The position numbers and the translations under genes are program-made. A stretch of DNA of 59,465 nucleotides, filler included, from Bipalium vagum (taxonomy: Eukaryota), in NCBI GenBank assembly GCA_037834085.1. It is 3 parts of 3 records of this genome, joined end to end, with 100 filler letters (N's around TTAATTAATTAA, not from the genome) between each part and the next. Parts side by side here need not be neighbours in the genome. Positions count along the whole stretch, not along the records: positions 15,708 to 42,667 come from JBBMKC010112224.1; 2 more parts are not named here. One strand, 5' to 3'. Of this stretch, positions 26,501-41,500 are shown one piece after another (the first letter of the stretch is position 1; the number at the start of each line of letters is the position of its first letter). Under the pieces are notes generated by a model. That model was not told where the DNA came from. It saw only the letters and a list, made by a program, of their open reading frames with translations, and made no database searches.

Positions 26501-29500
26501 TTTTATTTAAAATAATATTATAATCAATTAATAATAATTAAAAGTAATATTGAGACAAATATATTACACTAGTATGTGAAGTACTGCAATAATTTAACAA
26601 AACAATTATGTAAAAACCATTTATAAAATTAATAAAAATATGAAAGAAAAAAATTTCAAAAAGTCGGTATGAGTCTAAATGCAACCGAAATAAAACGGAT
26701 ACGCAAAGGGTGTAGTCTAACAAAGTCCACGTTCTAGAGTTTGTGTTAGAGAAATTTTACAAATGGTAAATGTATCATCGTAAGTGTATCTGAGATATAT
26801 GTGACGTACTGGGAGCTTGTTTTTAAATAGCTGTAATAAAGAAAATGTATTCATTTGTTTAAATAAACTATTTGAATGTATATTTTTTTGCCTGTTCAAA
26901 AATAATCTATAAATACAAATTCTGATATCTCTAACTATTTATTATTGTTATACTTTTTAGATGGCAGTTTATATACCAAATAAACAATTTTTGGGTTGGG
27001 ACTTACAGAGACAATTTTTGGGTTGGGACTTACAGAGACAATGCTCTATCAAAAGACGCTTTCAAAAGATGGTTTGTAAGTTTCGGAAAGGGAGAATTTC
27101 TGGTGGAAGATAAAAAGTGCCCATTATAAATGAAAGTACGTATCTGAAGATCAATGCCATGAAGCGTTGGCGGCTGAAAATCCGTGCCAAACTCAAACTG
27201 GTTTCGCTAAATCATGAAATCTTCAATTACACGAAGTCTAAAAGCCATCAGAAAGGTATAAAAAATAAGAAGATGGGTACCACACGAACTCAAGGTAGAA
27301 GACATGGTAGAATGTAAAGCCTAAAGTAAAATGTCACTTGCTCGACAAAAAACGAAAAGTTTCCGGTACTGAATTATTACGGGTGACGAAAAGTGGATTT
27401 ATTTCAAAAACCTTAAACTCAGAAAAACAATTGGCGATATCGGACAGTCCTCCAAAGCAACACCAAAGAGGAAGATCCATAGAAAAAAGGTTCTATTAAG
27501 TATCTGGTGGGACGAAAAGGATTCATCGTGAGTTGTTAAAGCAAGGTGAAACGGTTATAGGGGAATAGAACCGAGAAAAATTAATACTGATAAGCAAGTA
27601 TTTTTCTGTCGGATACTTTGAATATATCAGAATTTGTAAAAAAGTGCTTTTTTATTTGAAAAATCGTGTAGTTAAAATAATATTTTATTTTTAAATTTTA
27701 TTTGTCTAGAAATTATTTTGGAATTATAATTTATGGTACTAAAAATAAGGTAAAAAATCAAAAGTTGTTCTTAGAAATTCGAGTTTTTGTCTCTCTCTGT
27801 TAAAAAGATCAACTTATGAACAAATTCTTACAATAGTTGATGTCATTGACATTGATGGCATTGTAGATTCTTGTGAAAAAATGGTAGAAATTGGAATATC
27901 TGTGGACATTTTGACAAGTTTTGTAATGTTCGGAGTATCCACTTCTATTAGACAATTGAGTATAGAACAGTCGGTATTGACTGGGCTGTAACTTCTGATC
28001 ACGGGCTCAGAGATTTCTCCCTGATTTAAAAAATTACGTATATCACATCAAACAGAAGGATATATAAGAATATCACCAGAAATATAGGTCTATCTTCATT
28101 GTTATCAAAGAGGAAAAATTTCTTTAATTCTTTCCAATTGATAAAACCCTGGTTCTCCATTTCCTGACTGTTTTCACAGTTATGGACAATGATTATTCTT
28201 TGGTTGCTTATTACTATTCGAATGTAGTTCCATCTGAATTGATTTGGATGTACAAATTATCTTTTACTTCAATCAAGTGATACTTTAATTTTGATAACCG
28301 AAGCTTGGGAAATGGATATTCAATATCTTGTTGTGAATCTTTTACATTGACTATCAGAAGTCCATTGAAAATAATTTTCAGCTGAATTTCATTTGATTCC
28401 AACGAAAGGATCAAACCCTTAGATCTTGTTTCCGGTTTCAGATAAAATTCAATATGCAACCCTGTCTGGTGTTAATACACAATAGAAAGAAAATATAAAA
28501 ACCTTCATCAAATTCCGATTGTCCTAAGTTAATAGTTGAATGTGATGCTCCACCTAAAGACTCTTTATCTAGGTTGACTTTCAAGATCTCTATAAAGCGA
28601 TTTTCGCACATTTTATAACGAGCTTGCATATGATTTAACATTCCAGAATTTACAAGTTGCCCCCCACTTTCATATTGAGACTTATCCAACTGACTTTCAC
28701 CTCTAAAGCAATCATTAATGACACACTGGGCTTTCTTTATATCATTTTTCTCATTCAATGGTATGACCATTATTTCACTGACTTTCGTCTATAATAGAAA
28801 AGAAAGCCATAAGCAGTACATTTTCATATATCTTTACAATAAATACCTGATAGTTATTAAAAGATCGATCTTGAAACAAAATATGCAACCTATCAAAATT
28901 GGTCCACCCTGTAAACCCTTTATTGTGCAGCTTTTGAATTCTGCCACAGTTGATTCTAATTCCAATTTCTGTTGAAGAAATTTGAATACTAACCTTGTTC
29001 CATCTAATAATAATTATTATAATGAACATTAAGGTACATAAGAATATAATGATTTCTTGTTTTAGATTCTTCCTTAAATAATTCCAAGATCACTTCTTTA
29101 AAATAAACACCTTTGATATAATATTAGGAGTACCCATAAGTAATCAATTATTTAAGTGGAAAAAAAAGAATTTAAATACATTTAGTTCTATTTTTAAACT
29201 ATTATATAATATCCATCGTTGTCTAGGACATTTTGCCATCTTGTTGGTAGAGTTTCAATTCCCCGGTCATAAAATTCAGTATCCTTTGAGTATCAGTATC
29301 ACTTTAGAGTGAGGGGTGGTTTCGGAATGAATACGGCTAGCTGATTTGGAGAAAACCATTGCTTGCTGAGCTTGTTGTTGTACAAGACCCATTCTCGTTA
29401 CCAGTAACAATCCTTCTTAAAAACGGATCATTTCTTTGTCTGCACAAAAGAGATTTGCAAATTGTACGCAGTTAATCTTTATTAAACTCCAACAATAGAT

Positions 29501-32500
29501 GTGACACCGATATACCCAACCTGTAAACCTACCCTATTTCTTAAAGATGTCTTTGAACCGATGACCAAGTAGCTTGAAGAACTTTTGCTATTTCCTAGAT
29601 ACTCATTTTGGGATTCATTTCCATTAATGCTTTTAGAGCGTCTTTATCAAACCCTACCGAGCGTCCAGTTTGAGCGCTATCAGACAAGCCAAAATCACCA
29701 TTTGAAAATTTTCGAAATCAATGTTGGCACTTATTGACTTTTAATAGGTTTCCATACACATCACAAATCTTCCTTGTTACAACGGTTGCATTAACAACCG
29801 ATCGAAAATGAAACAGTATGCAATGAGTAAATGTTCCTCACTTGGTTGATTCTCCGCCATTTTATATCAGAATTATAAAAACGTTTGAATTTAATTATAA
29901 TCCATATTCAATGTCAATGGTTGTAATTTGACGTAATAAAACACGTGTTTATATATTCAGGCTCTGAGGTAGAATGAAGCATACACTGTATACTAAAAAT
30001 AATTGATTACTTATGGATACTCCTAATATTAATTTTGGCAGCTTTTATTAAATTAGTGAAATATTTTGATGAATAAATATATGAAACTATACGTATCGAA
30101 AATATAAACATAATTAAAAATTCGTAAAACTGTGATTATGAAGAATAGAGGAAATTATTGGGTATTTAATACATGTACTTCCTTAGTTGAAAATAATAAA
30201 TTACTTTTTCAGTTAAAATAAACTTCACTGATTATATTAAATTTCTGAAAGTAATACATTTACGGTTTGAAAATAACATAACTCGACTAATATCATGACA
30301 AGAATGTAACGAATAATTGCACAATAATAAACTAAGAAAATTCTATTAGAAGAAGGTTAGCACTATTCAAGACTTCTACAGTCAGAAGTCGATTAGCTTC
30401 CAGCGAACAACCTAAGTGGAATCTAAGGGATATTTACCATTAATACTTGTCAGATTGAATAAGCTTTATAATTTATTTTTATATATAAAGTAAGACTTTA
30501 TTCTGAGATTAAATAATACAAGAAATTTTCAAACAAAACTTATGAAAATTGATTTTCTGAAAGAATTCGGAAATTGTAATGACATAATAAGGAATGAAAA
30601 TGATCATAAAGATTTTTTTGGTATAAATATTTTTGATTTTTCTTATTTTCAAAAAATGAGCCATTTTATTAAAAATGTTACTTATATCAAAATTGAAGTG
30701 TACACAATTATTAAGTGCATTAATTAAATAATTATTAATATTATTAACACCGGTAATTTAGGTTTTCTATACTCTCAAAGAAGTTCGATTTAAAATTGCT
30801 ATTATTATAATGATAGAATTATATTTACCTTTTTCTTATCTAAAGTTTTCTGTTATTACCTATTATTATCATGACATAAGAAGTGTTCAAATAAAATCTT
30901 TATCTGTAATCATGCTTACCTGTCACTCTTCACTTTCAAGGGTCTCAGAGGTCGGAATTCAAAGTTGTAGTTTTGAAATATTTCCAGTTTTAAAACACAA
31001 TCTTTAATTAGTTCCAATGCCATATAACTCTCCAAATTAGAGGAAAATAAATATAAAATGGGCTGAAACTGTTCCCCCTCAACATCGATATAATGAGGAT
31101 TCAAATAAAATTCCAACAGGAAACCTAGATAAGGAAATTCGAGTTAAGGAAATAAGATTTAAATACAAAATAGATATCAATTTTTTATTTATTACATCTA
31201 TATATTACAACACTTGTGTGATAAGGTATGGTGGAAAGGATAAGAATCCTGTGATAAGTGTCTTTTAGTCATCATTATCTCAAATTTATAGTTACAAATT
31301 ACTTACCAAACTTGATCTATTATAAGACATCTGTTGATATAATTTTATTTTATTATTAATTATAATTAAACTATCAAAGATTTTTGATAGTTTAATAAAA
31401 TTTTTGTTCGAATTTTCGATTTTCAAAAACGTTCTTTTATTACCTTTATTTGGGTATCGGTTCACCCGTTAACAGTGTGAAATCAAAGATTTTATTATTA
31501 TCATTTATTTATTAAAATTGAAAATGTTTAGTTGGCTTTGTGACGGATATATTACAACAGAATATTAAAAATAATAACTTTTAAAGATAAGGACTGAATC
31601 ATTTTGTCTGTACGAATTACGGAAGAATTATTTCTTTTTGGAAGTGTTTTTTAATTTACTCTTTGAATTTTTAATTCTAATTCTCTAACTTCGATTGATG
31701 TTTTCTTTCTGGAACTTGACTTTTACATTTGATTATGTTTAAGTTGTCTTATTTCGATACCTAATTTTTGATATTTGGTTATGAAATATGCATTTATATG
31801 GTGATTAATTTATATTTTTTCTTACTACTTTTATATTTTATTTTAAAAACTTTTGCAGTTGAAATGGGAAGTTTTGCTTCACCCATCATACTCACCCGAC
31901 CTAGCGCTCTCAGATTATCATTTATTCCGGGGGCTGCAGAACTTCCTGAAAGACAAAGAGTGTAGGACTGATAAAGAATTGAAAACTGCAGTTGGAAATT
32001 TCTTTGCTAGCAAACCAATGGAATTTTACAAGAAAGGCATTCACGATCTAGCCCGTCGTTGGAAGGAAGTATTGGAGAACAACGGTGACTACATTATTGA
32101 CTGACATGGGACTTTTGATGAATTGTTTTATTGTATTTTTGTTATATTTTCAATGAAATAATTCATAATAAAAATAGTGCGAGAACTTTGTTTCCAACTT
32201 AATACATCTATTTTTAGTAGTTTATATATATACAGTTTGGTCCAACGAATTGTCCACCTGTTGAAAAATCCACAAAATCAACATATTTATATTTCGAGTA
32301 ATTAGAGATGGATAATTAAATAGTTTTTTAAATAAAACGTGTTTAAATAAGCTTAATTATTTATTTTAGTGGTATTTTGTGTGTGATAATTATTGTAATT
32401 ATGTATAAAATTTCTTTTTAATTTTAAAATATTAAAACAAATTTATAAAAATTATTTAACAAAAAAACTTTTTAAATTAGTACAATTATGAAAATTATTT

Positions 32501-35500
32501 TTATATTTTATAACCATATAATGTTATTAAAAAGAAAAGATAAATGTTTTGTTTTACGCTGGGTACTTTCTTTTACACATAATAAAATAAATTTATAATT
32601 TCATACATAAAATGAAATATTTAACAATGGATGTCAGTCTTTTTAACCACTTGAGCTCTGAGTGTTCAGAGAATTAGAGAAGCTGCTATTAATATATCAT
32701 CAAAATCATGCTTTATAATAGCATTTTGAAATCTTTTTAAATTCATAAATTAATTACTAAATAATCAGAAAGTGTTTGTTTTTTTAAGAAAGTTACTTTG
32801 GCTTTCTTTTAGGAAAAATGAAGGTAAATATTTTTAGTTATCGTTGTCAAGTGACGATGGATACTTTCATTTCAATCGAACTCTTTGTTACTCAATAGAT
32901 GTTCCAATGAGTGAAATAAGTAAAACTCTGAAGGAGCGAATATGGCTGATGTATTCTTACATTTCATAAAATATTTAATAGTTTTAACTGAAACTCCAAA
33001 CTTTTATGAGGTTTGAAGTTTTCATGATAATAAATATTTCCCTCTTTATTTCAACAATGATGACTTCTTTAATTGCACACATTTATTTGATTTCTTGTCA
33101 TGCATTTTAAGTTTCTTAACTAAAAATTATTTGAAATAATAAAAGATTACCAATAAATCAAACTCGGCATATCGATTGCTGCAAGGAATATTAAAATTAA
33201 TAAATATTGTTTTAAATTAAGTATAAATCAGGTTGTGTAGAAAATAATGTGGGCTTTTGAATATTAATCGACACAAGCTTTGAGTTAATGAAATAATTTT
33301 TATGTATTTAATTGAAAGGTAATTAAAATTTTTAGTATACTTTCTTACCAGTCTAAAGTGATTATATATTACTATACACAAATTTTAATTGACCATGACC
33401 TTTTCGTATTACCTAACGTACTATATAACACACCAAAAAATTATAAAAACCATTTTCTTTTATGAATAATTCTATAATTTTCAGAAATTGTTAATCTTCA
33501 GAAGACTTTCCAAAGTTTATTTTATAAAAAATGTATTTGTGCTTATGATGGATTATGGTCTCTTACAATTCTATTAGCGTAAAATAATAATTATGATGTT
33601 AATAATAATAATAATGATAATGATGTTAAAATAATGATAATAATAATAATAATAATAATGAGTCTTAATCTTTATTAATACCTTTAGAGTTCATATTGTT
33701 CTTGAGAGATATGGGCATAATCTGACTTCTTGAATGTTGGTTATATCTGGACAATACTAAAATATTATTTTTCCAGCATCTTATGAATTCATGATCAAAA
33801 TGCTGTAACTGATCGTCATTCAGAAAAAATGCAACATTGAGCTGATGGACTGCTTTCTCAGTCAATTCTAATGGGATGACTGTACTGTTAAAAAATCTAC
33901 TTTTGGTACAAAGCGATGTTGTGATCTAGAGAAGTCATTATTATGTGTATAAGGAAGATGCACTGATGTTTTATAAGATAAGGAAAATTATGAATATTGT
34001 TTATTAATTTTTTTAAAATAAATTTTTGTAGAATATAAATTTATAACTGTAATCGGAAAATATTAATGATGAGAAATATAATAATATTATTATTAAGGTG
34101 GACCATAAGTCCTTTCGTATTTTTATTCAAAAATTAACAACAAGGAAAAAATATTTATTAAGCCTCAAAATAAAGACCATTTGAATTAATATTTTGAATC
34201 CATCTATCGGCAAGTTGTCTTTGTCTTTGGAGCTGAAAAGGTTTTGGCACCCTTTTTCTACATCTAAATTTTTGAAACAATGCCCTCGCAGAAAATGTGC
34301 CATAGACCTGAAAAGATGATAATCTGATGGCGCGAGATCTGGACGGTAAGTTGGATGTGGTAAAGGTTTAAGGCATCCAATTCCTTTTTTTCCTTTATTT
34401 TCCTGGCAGGGTGCGGTTTGGCATTATCGTGCTGTAGTAGTATTCTCTTTCAATTGACCAATGCTGGATATTTTTCCTTTACATCCTATCCAATTATAAG
34501 CAGTAGAGGTCTGCGACAATGGCCACCTTGTTTTTAAGAAGTTCGAAGTAAATCACGACTTCAAAATTCCACAAGACACATAGTAATACTTTTTTAGAGA
34601 ACCGTTCTCTCTTTGTTACCTGTTTTGGCAATTGTTCGGAGTCAGGCCATTGATTGTGTCAGTTAGGGTTATCTAGATAGACCAATTTTTCATCTGAAGT
34701 AACAATTCGGTGTATAAAATGGGCATCAAAAACATTTGAAATCAGTTTTTGCCAGATCTCTATTTTTTTATTTGATTTTCTGTAAATTCTTGGGGAATTT
34801 GTCGACAGTAACTGTTTACCTTATCCATTGAATTAAGATGTCTAAGAACTGACGTCTTTGGAATACCGAGCTCGTCACACAATCTTCGAGTGCTGGTCGA
34901 TGGATTAGTTTCAACTGCGTTGCGTATACATCCGAAATCAGTGGTTATCGGCCTTCCGGGTCGTCCTTGATCTTGAAGCTCTTCCTGACTTTGATTAACT
35001 TTTTTGAACTAGTTTCGGGCCACACGAATTGAAACAAAATCCTCACCTGCAATTCAATACATTTATTCAACGATATTCAAGTCTTTTAATACCATCAGCA
35101 TAATATGATTTATCAAGGACTTCAAAATATGATTCAGTTTCACATTAAACCTCCATATTTGATCTGAATCGTTTTCCTACAAGAGAATTCTTCAAGTTTG
35201 GAAACAAGAAAAAATCACTGGGACCCAAATCTGGCGAGTACGCCGGATGAGGAAGCATATCATATCGACGTTCATGGAGTTTAGCTTGTGCAACTATTGA
35301 AGAATGAGCTGGTGCGTTGTCATGATGAAAAATAACCTTTTTTCTTGCTAGATGAGGACGTTTATTCTTGATCTCGTCATTCAACTTGCTCAATAATGAA
35401 GCATAATATACTCCTGTAATGGTTTTCCCTTTTTCTAGATAATCAATCAATATTATGCCTTTTGCATCCCAAAAAACGGTTGCCATGACTTTTCCTGCTG

Positions 35501-38500
35501 AAGGAACAACTTTTGCTTTCTTGGTGCACTTGAATCTGCTTCTACCCATTGCTTTGACTGTTGTTTTGTTTCTGGGGTATAATGGTGTACCCATGTTTCA
35601 TCAACAGTAACGAATCGCCGTAGAAATTCATTTGGATTCGACTGAAACATCTGTAAAGATTGAATTGACAGATTAATTCCTTGACGCTTTTGATCAATGG
35701 TTAGCAAACGCGGCACCCATTTTGCAGATAGTGTTTTCATATTTAAATGGTGATGTATAATGTATCGAATGCGTTCCTCTGAAATCTTCCCAATATCAGC
35801 AAGTTCATGAATCTTTATACGACGATCATCGAGAACTGCACTGTGAATCTTTCCAATAATTTCATCAGATGTTGCTGTGCATGGCCTTCAATTACAAAAT
35901 TAATTTTAAATAGTAAAACAAAAATACGAAAAGAGTTTTGAACCACCCCATTAATAATAATAAAAATATAAAAATAATAATAATATTGGCTAGTCTAAAA
36001 AGTTTCCGCCGATTTTGGTAAAATAAAAAATTTAGAAAAACAAAGTCGAATTGAAAATTTTATTAAATTACATAATTACCATTTTTTGGTAAAACAAAAA
36101 ATCCGTCACTGTAAAACTTTTTTGATTTATTGGTAAAAAACTGAAATAAGTTTTTCGCATAAGATGATAATCTGACGGTGATATATCAGGACTATATGGA
36201 GGATGCAACAAAATTTTCCAATCAAGATACCTCAATTTTTCTTGCGTCATGAAAGATACATGTGGTCTGGAGTTATCCTGGTGAAACACAACGCCTTTCC
36301 TATTGAATCATTTGGGACGCTTTCTTGCAATTTCCTGATGTACTCTTGTCAACTATTCACAGTAGATAACTTTTTTCATATTTTATTATCGTACTTGACC
36401 CATATTTCGTCACTAGTTATAAGACGTTTCAAAAATGGATCGATCATGTTTTTATTCAACAATGTTTGGCATATTGAAATTCGGTCTTTTAAATTCTTTC
36501 ATTTAAAGTATGTGATATCCATAAATCCTGTTTCTTTGTATATTCACATTTCTCCAAATGATTTAAAACTATTTGATGATGAATCCATAATTCCTGAGCT
36601 ATTTCGTGGCTGCTTATATTCCTGTCTTCTTCAATCTTCCTAATTATTTTATCGACTATTTTCACAGATTGGTCGGTCAGAACAAGGTGTGTCTTTGACA
36701 TCAAAATTTCCGGAACGAAACTTAGCGAACCATTCAAGGACTGTTCTATCCGAAATAGTATCCGCTCCATAAACAGCATTAATTTTTTTAGTTACCTGTG
36801 TAGCATTTTTACCTTTCAAGAAATAAAATGTCATTATGTATCGCATTTCTTCTTTATTTATATCCATTTCTAAAGATGAATAAAATTTTATTAATTAATC
36901 AAAATGCCTACTTTTGAAAGTTTTTTGAATGTCAGGATTATAATAAATTGTAAAATGATATATTAAAACAAAATCAATTTCAATCAAAGAACATTTTCAT
37001 CGTCTATTAACAAAATCGGCGAAGATTTTTAGACTACCCAATAATAATATGATTTAAGATAAAAAAATTATTATTTTCAACACAAATACTTAATTTAACT
37101 TTTTAATAATGATATAAAATAAAATGTCTCTTAAATATATTAAGTATAATAAATAATATTTCCAGATTTGTTTTAATTTTAAACTATTAAAGAAATCTTT
37201 TTCAAGTTCTGCTTACTTTTATCAAAGTTGATTCTGTTGACATATCCTTAACCGATTCAGTCGACTTTATCATTGCTCTTCCTCTAAATTTTGGACTTGA
37301 TGACAAAGGAGAAAGTGTAATTCCAGGTGTAGAAATGTTATCCGTTTCAGGGTCTTTGGAACGACCTTCTAAACAGTCAAGAATATTGCAATTCTCAATC
37401 TCGTCTTGCAATCTTGCAATTCGGACATCAGCTATAAGTCCCTGAAAATATTCATGAGTCTCAAAATTTATTTTATTTTACTTATGCTACTTATAAAATA
37501 TTACACAAACAAGTATTGATTAATATCCGACTATTTGTTACTTCACGGATGCTTCACTCTTATTGTTCTTTGATATTTATAAGCATAAAATTTCGGATGT
37601 TTTATTAAATTAAAATTTGTCATTAATTTTTAATTGGAACTTTGTTGATATGTAGCAAATTAAAGAGGTATTTTCATCTTTTATTATCAATTAAAACGTA
37701 AATATATTGATTGGAAATATAATATTTTTTATTTGTTCTCTATGGAATACTTATCAACAAAATCATGATATACATATTGTATGAATTCAAACTAAAACAC
37801 CGTGTATCCCAATCACGTTCTAAACATTAATACTTTATCGGAAGATGGTAGCATACGTACACATATATTATAAAAAACACAGATTTGATTTAAGAGGTTT
37901 CAAGGCGATAATATGAATATCTAAAACAAAGACCCTGGGAAGCCTGATCCCTCTTAAATAAAGCTAAATTGAATTCAGTTTTTGAAGAAGTTAATCAGAA
38001 ACAGTTATTCAATTTGCACAAGATCTCATTTTTCTAAATCTACCATTCCCACTCATCTAAAAGCTCTTCAAAAGGTTAAAAACTACATTTATGAGTTGAT
38101 CAATTTTTATATAATAATAAAACATGCAATGAAAGGGGATTATGTACAAATTTCGTCGATAGTAAGTGCACTGGTTGCATGCTGATGAAAAGTCAAAACG
38201 TGTATATAAGCCAAGAAGACAATTATAATTGTTTGGTGGTCTGTATCTTGATTAATCTATTATAAGTTCTCAAAAACTGAAGTCACTATTACTACAGAGT
38301 TGCAATTTCAGGGAAGTGATACCATGCACACAAAATTAAATCAATTGATGTATTTCTTTCCAAAAACATTTAATTGACCAAGGCACCATTAATAAGTTTT
38401 TCGCTTCCAGAATAAAAAAGGAATTATAATCTATTACCTCTTTGGCAAGAATATAATTAGAATAATATTATTTATACTTGGAAACAATTTTCATCTTGGA

Positions 38501-41500
38501 TACAGATCATTTGGAATAAATTGAATTCCCTCCATCTATACCATGCAGTGATCTCTAGTGAATGTTTCACTTCACAATCCATAACCAAAGTGATCGTCGT
38601 CATATTCATATATAAGTCAATTTTGTACCACCTACATCCATCAATTCAATTACAAACATAATTATATTCTCACCTTTTCTTTTCAAGCTTCGCCTCGTGA
38701 AACTCCACCATCTTCTCAACAGAATTCTCTTTTATTAATAAATAAATATATTTGTTCAGTCCAACTTTCATCGAATATTCTCCATTTGATGAATAAAATA
38801 ACAAGAATCTTGAGTCCGAGTCTGCTTTCGAATAAATATAAAATGACAAATGGAATCCTGAACGATATTATCATTATAATCATTCAACATTTTATTTCAA
38901 CCCTTTTCGTATTGACCATTATCAAAATTGACTTTCGATGGTTCCAAAGATACCTTCGTATTTATTTCGGTCATTGATAAAATTTCCACTACTTCCTTTC
39001 GACAAGTTGCATAATTCACATTCAATTGTTTCATCATGATATTGGAGATTAAATCTCCGTCTTCCAAAATATTGACATCGTCTGAATAACATTTATCCAT
39101 CGTACATAAATAATTTTCGATGTCTGTCAACCTTGACAACGGAAGCAATGAGAGTCCCGATATCGATCCCTTACAAAAATTATTTACAAATAAATAACCA
39201 TTGTTACAACATGTATTACCATGAAATATTCTCCATTGTCTTCGTCGTTGAGAAAATCTAAATTTTTGAAATTATTCCATAACACTTCTTTATCAATTGG
39301 AATTGATGAGATCTCTCCACAATTTATTCTCAAACTGATCTCAAACAACGATATCTGAATTTCAATTTTGTTCCACCTGAATTAAAATGAAAATATTTTA
39401 CAAGCCTCGAATCTTTCATACTTATTTAGCAGAACCTTCTGTTCCTCAAAATTCCATTCTTGGAACCTTCGTCCACTACTGAATTCCAGTTTGATAAAAC
39501 TCGACGACATCAACTGAATCTGTAGCACCCTTTCCCTGTTATTTGAATATAATCTTAATATCGATTCTCTTTTGTCTTCACTCGGGATGTGATCAGATAA
39601 TCGAATATAGAATGAAACAATGAAACCTTTCAACATTTGAAGTAAGAAATTATTTATATTATTCTAACCCTCGCTGCTTATGAATTTGTTATTCTTTACT
39701 TTTACAGATTGTAGAGGTTCAGGACGAGAATCATACCTTGATAAAATGATGATATTCTTTCCTGAAAATCGGAGCAAAGATGTTTTGAATGATTTCAAGA
39801 CATTGTCAGGAAGCTTTGAGACCAGATCGAAATATTTAAAGTTTCCATAATCTAATTCATTCTAAACATAAAGAAAATCTTAGTTTTAAAAAATATTATT
39901 TTACGGTTTAAATTGACAAATTTATTGAACCAAAGTATAGTGAAACTTTCATAAAAAGCATACCCAATATTCCAGACATAAGTTATCAAATTTTACTTTA
40001 TATCGGATGTGGCATAAATGCTTTAATTTGTTTATTCTGAAGTATTGTTGTTACACAATTACACGAATGACTAACAAAAAGTTCAATATCAATAATATTT
40101 ATTTCGTGAATAATATATAATGAAGTCTAGTTTTCCAAAGAAATGATCTGGAGTCTTTGAACTGATGTTGCAGTTATACGATTTTCAATTTTATGTGAAA
40201 CTTGAAAAAAAATCCTTTTTTTCTAAATGAAAAATTTTTTCTGTCATATGAATTTCGTAGTTTGAGCTATTTGTAGGGCTTCATTATTTTTCATTCAATC
40301 GTCGTTGGAATTATTATTAATATTACCTGGAATAATTTCCTTGAGCAATTTCTTTTTCTTAATCTCCCTTATCTAAAATGTCAGCAATAACATTAGCTAA
40401 CAATTCTTTCTCATTTTTTCATTTCAAAAGTAATAGATTTTCTTCAAAGACCAATGAATGTCAGTGAATGGTAACTCCTTCAACTATTAGTTCTTATATA
40501 CATGATCTTTTATCTTGTAGTTCAGGTTTAACACAAGTTTTCACAAATCTGTAATTATTGATAAATTTTTGCGGATTGTCTCTGGTTTAACCAATTTCCA
40601 CGATTTGAAAATAAATCGGATTGTATATAATATAAAGAATGATTTTACAATTCACTTAAATGTTTGTCCGAATCCATATCCGGAAAAAGAGATAATTCAT
40701 TGACTTTAACACTTCTGATAATGCCACTTCTACTGGTTGTACTTAGCTATTCAAGTTAGATAGTACCAATATCACCTGAATATGTGATAATTATCTAATT
40801 ATTTAAACAATTTGTTATTTAAAATATACATATTAAATGAAAAATTGATGTGATGGAGCAAAGTGACTTACATATTTGAAATCAGCATGAAAAAACGATT
40901 CAGAAATGCATAATAAAATCTAGACGGCAAAATGATGCAGACCAGTGTAATCGCGTCTATTGTATGAGCTGAACAATTATCCAAATATAATATTACGTTC
41001 TCATTTTGGAAAAGTTGATTAAGATTTGAAAGACATACATTGAGAATAAAAGTTGTCATCCAGTTTTTTCTTTAACTGCTTTCATATTCAAGACAAAAGA
41101 CCTTTATATCTATGCTTCTTAAACATCGAGCTAATTTTGAGTTGACTATTACTGATTTGCGTCAATTTTTATCCTTCTGGTGAACATAATAACAAAACTG
41201 TGATTATTTTCTCTTATTACACAATTCATTCTTTTTGTACTTAGTGTTTTATGGGTCAACATTTTCGAAAAATATATTTTTAATTCATAGTCTTCAACCA
41301 TAAAATTGACATTTTCTTTTCAATTTTGATATCTCCAATTGCAGACTCGATTGATATCGATATCTACTGAAATAATCTTGCTCTTTCAAAATTTTTACAG
41401 CTTGACAATTGAAAGCAATTTTGAAATTTGAAACTCTTACAACCCTTTAGCATTTTCTTGTAAAATTGATCCCGATTTTGCAAAAATCTTGACCTCTTGC

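Noticed and set aside
26984-27042. 27-bp direct repeat as CRISPR-like or telomeric repeat
   Set aside because: Only two abutting copies with no spacers. A local duplication inside a mariner relic in a eukaryote.
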